Below, piece by piece: positions 61,499 to 64,000 of a stretch of DNA of 64,000 nucleotides. This DNA is from an endosymbiont of Galathealinum brachiosum (lineage in GTDB: Bacteria > Pseudomonadota > Gammaproteobacteria > SZUA-229), in NCBI GenBank assembly GCA_003349885.1, contig QFXC01000002.1, positions 3,850 through 67,849 of the forward strand. The letters run 5' to 3'. How positions within the stretch are numbered: the stretch's first letter is position 1; every line of letters starts with the position of its first letter. The notes beneath the pieces were generated by a model, which saw only the letters and a list, made by a program, of their open reading frames with translations, had not been told where the DNA came from and ran no database searches. The position numbers and the translations under genes were made by a program.

Positions 61499-63967
61499 TC
61501 ATTTAGTATTGTCTTTTTTAATAACTTCGAAAAATGGATTAGCACGTATAACTTGTCCATCCACACCAAGCGTCTTATACAAACACTCATGACATTCCAA
61601 AGATTTAATCGAATCAACAACATCTGAATTAACAGCCGTCAACCCTATACCTTCAAGCTCTTTTATCGTTACATTTGGTACTTTATGTACAAACCAGGTT
61701 AGAAGTGGCTCCAAATAATTCTCATGCGAAGTCTTAAAATGAGATAAGTACTGTGAAGCAAGCAATACTCCAACCCCAAACTCTCTACCCTGCAACAAAA
61801 TCTTTTTCAAAACATCAAATTCATATTGCATGATGTTATCAGCTTCATCAACAAGCAACATAGTATCAACAAATCTCAATTTAGGATCTTCACCAATAAA
61901 TGGCTTTTTCTCAATTCTAAGCATATGCTCATAAAACAAGTTCAAAAATATAACAACGAGCATATTCTTTGTTCTATCATCTTGCCCTATTTCTGATAAA
62001 TCGATGACTACTACACCTGTAAGAAACTCTGAAAATGGAATAACATCCTTACTATCTGATACAAAGTAACCACCATCTACTAGATCATCCATAATATTGT
62101 ATGGTGTATCTGGTGACTTAATTGCTTCTTTATAACAATCAAAAACGTCATTAATTGTTGGTGCTATTTTTCCATTAGCATTTGTTATTTCGTACGACTC
62201 TTTAACTGCAGCCTTTATGCGTGAACGCTGAACAGGCCCTATACCTGGATAAATTTTATCTAATACATCTATGAAGAATTTTGTTCTCTCAAGCCATGCC
62301 CTGCCTTTTTGAGAGCTATCTCGAATATCAAACAAATTTAACGGTATATCAAAAGGTGAAACTACTTTTGCACCTGTTGCTTTAACAAAGTCATCTTTTG
62401 AATAGTCTCGCTTGTAGTCAAATATTAATATATTTGGCCTTTTACCCCTATTCATATCAGGTTTAGCACCCATTTGTTGAACAAGCGCTTGGATTAACTG
62501 TGTTTTGCCTGTTCCTAAATCACCTACAATACCGACATTAAGCTGATTTAACGCTGTATTACCAGGAAAAAAGAACAATTCTTCATTAGTAAACTTATTT
62601 ACTGTTTCACCAACACTAAATTTAATACCTTCTGGTGATGGATCACTAGTAATTATTTCATCTTTATCTGTTTCTTTTGCCTTTTCAACTTCTGCTTCTA
62701 CTTTGGCTACAGAATCATCTACTAAGATTTCTTTTTCCGTGGGTTCACCCGTTTCTACTTCGGGCAATACTGTTGTCTCTACTTTTGTTTCTACATCAGG
62801 TGATATTTCTGGATTTGTTTTTGGTTCAGTCTTTGGCTTTATATCTAATGTATCTTTCGAGTCTAGCTCAGGTAATAGCTGCCAATTACCCATCTTAGAG
62901 TTTATAGATTTAGAAAAAGCACTATCACATCTAGCTAACACTGAAAAAGCTTCAGCATGTGTTAGATGCATGGTTTCATTAAAACCATCTTTATCTATAT
63001 CTTGTAGCGATTCATTCTCTGAGCTATCTATGACAATAAGCCTTCCTCGTGTATCTATATCTATATCCAATTCATTATTTGCAATTGATTTTAATATAGA
63101 TGAATGCTGCTGCGCCCATTCTTTCTGATTCATGAACTGTTCGAGCTGACCGTATACTCTAAAACCATAATCTAGCATGGTTGCTAGAAGATTACGCCAT
63201 GCGATACCCCACAAATCAAATTCTTTTGCTTTTGTTTGTATATCATGAAGAAATTCTGAAAAATGACTAGCCTGACACAAAGCTGCCTCTCGCTCATTAG
63301 GTGACATGGTGCCACCTCTTGCTTTAACTTCTACAGGCGTTATACGCATTTGAATTGGCTCACCTGAAACAAACTGCATACTCAAAACTAAAAGATCTGG
63401 ACGCTCACCATATTTAAAGCCTATAGCTGTGCGTAAATCATCGAAGTGTTTCTGGAATGGATCAGCAGAGATAATCAGGTTTAATGTATCATCATCCTTA
63501 ACTGGTAATAACCCTGTTGCTGTAGCACCCCGCTCAAAGTCAGATTGAAAAATACGAAGCGCAGTTAACATTCCAATTTCTCCAAGTGACATTGAGCCAC
63601 CTGCAGTTAAACGCTTTAGTGTTGGCATACCCCTACGTGATATTTCTTCTAATATTTCAGAAATTCTTTCATCAGTTAATTCACTATTCTCACCTAATAA
63701 TATAAGAGCTGATCTAACAGCTTGCAGCATTCCAGGTGATTCTTTTGCCAGTAGGTAATAACCACTATTCTCACCTGCACGACGCGCATATGATGGTAAC
63801 TCATAATCCCAAAGATAAGCCTTTTCTGTGGAACCAAAAAAACAGGCTGCATCAACATCTGTTGATGACAATGCTGTATAACGTGAACCGCCAACAACAT
63901 CTGCTAACTTAGCCATATCAGGTGCAAAAACATAACTGTCAAAATCTTCTTTACATTGACGCTCCAC
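61499..63967 (-). CDS. PD-(D/E)xK-like nuclease domain + low-complexity linker + HerA/FtsK-like P-loop ATPase (cassette gene A); N-terminus probably beyond window edge
   Basis: RPDLLVLS...ITPVEVKARGG (PD..E.K); linker KPKTEPKTNPEISPDVETKVETTVLPEVETGEPTEKE; Walker A GIVGDLGTGKTQL, HerA-like ILIFDYKRDY, Walker B MLLVDEADN; called start is GTG and frame stays open to position 64000. Confidence 0.65.
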   Translation of the reverse strand: MERQCKEDFDSYVFAPDMAKLADVVGGSRYTALSSTDVDAACFFGSTEKAYLWDYELPSYARRAGENSGYYLLAKESPGMLQAVRSALILLGENSELTDERISEILEEISRRGMPTLKRLTAGGSMSLGEIGMLTALRIFQSDFERGATATGLLPVKDDDTLNLIISADPFQKHFDDLRTAIGFKYGERPDLLVLSMQFVSGEPIQMRITPVEVKARGGTMSPNEREAALCQASHFSEFLHDIQTKAKEFDLWGIAWRNLLATMLDYGFRVYGQLEQFMNQKEWAQQHSSILKSIANNELDIDIDTRGRLIVIDSSENESLQDIDKDGFNETMHLTHAEAFSVLARCDSAFSKSINSKMGNWQLLPELDSKDTLDIKPKTEPKTNPEISPDVETKVETTVLPEVETGEPTEKEILVDDSVAKVEAEVEKAKETDKDEIITSDPSPEGIKFSVGETVNKFTNEELFFFPGNTALNQLNVGIVGDLGTGKTQLIQALVQQMGAKPDMNRGKRPNILIFDYKRDYSKDDFVKATGAKVVSPFDIPLNLFDIRDSSQKGRAWLERTKFFIDVLDKIYPGIGPVQRSRIKAAVKESYEITNANGKIAPTINDVFDCYKEAIKSPDTPYNIMDDLVDGGYFVSDSKDVIPFSEFLTGVVVIDLSEIGQDDRTKNMLVVIFLNLFYEHMLRIEKKPFIGEDPKLRFVDTMLLVDEADNIMQYEFDVLKKILLQGREFGVGVLLASQYLSHFKTSHENYLEPLLTWFVHKVPNVTIKELEGIGLTAVNSDVVDSIKSLECHECLYKTLGVDGQVIRANPFFEVIKKDNTK

Positions 63968-64000
63968 TTCATCAACACAACTTAATAATTTGCCTGTTAT

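Noticed and set aside
1-64000. Search for transposases, integrases, phage structural genes, rRNA or tRNA genes
   Set aside because: I recognised no DDE/serine/tyrosine recombinase motifs, capsid/terminase signatures or rRNA-like conserved blocks anywhere in the window. The insertion at 44.9-46.2 kb and the cassette at 58-64 kb lack an identifiable mobilising gene within the window.

Overview
This is an AT-rich bacterial chromosomal segment that looks gammaproteobacterial, because htpX, rlmG, selO/ydiU, fbaB, rhlE, ygiQ and E. coli-type higBA all have clear enterobacterial-type homologs. It is a mosaic of housekeeping genes and a large accessory/hypothetical complement.

The main contents are:
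- Periplasmic redox genes: a cytochrome P460-like protein, di-heme cytochromes, an MbnH/CCP-like peroxidase cluster, and three TlpA-like thioredoxins.
- An nhaR-nhaA pair.
- Two paralogous single-domain voltage-gated channels with a Ca-type-looking filter.
- A Cache-sensor plus HTH-MerB-like pair.
- A PI-PLC-like gene sitting between near-identical direct repeats.
- At least four families of dispersed palindromic intergenic repeats.

I recognised no rRNA, tRNA, CRISPR array, transposase or integrase.

The most striking content is a tightly packed three-gene cassette at the 3' end (58185..>=63967, minus strand):
- A large protein with an N-terminal PD-(D/E)xK-like nuclease signature, a low-complexity acidic/lysine linker and a C-terminal HerA/FtsK-like P-loop ATPase.
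- A protein carrying two GHKL ATPase folds: a MORC-like HATPase_c_3 at the N-terminus, then a coiled-coil, then a classical histidine-kinase HATPase_c.
- A translationally coupled receiver (REC) protein with an unrecognised C-terminal domain.

The cassette sits next to a higBA module and a decayed region. I propose it as a candidate undescribed signalling-type defence system.
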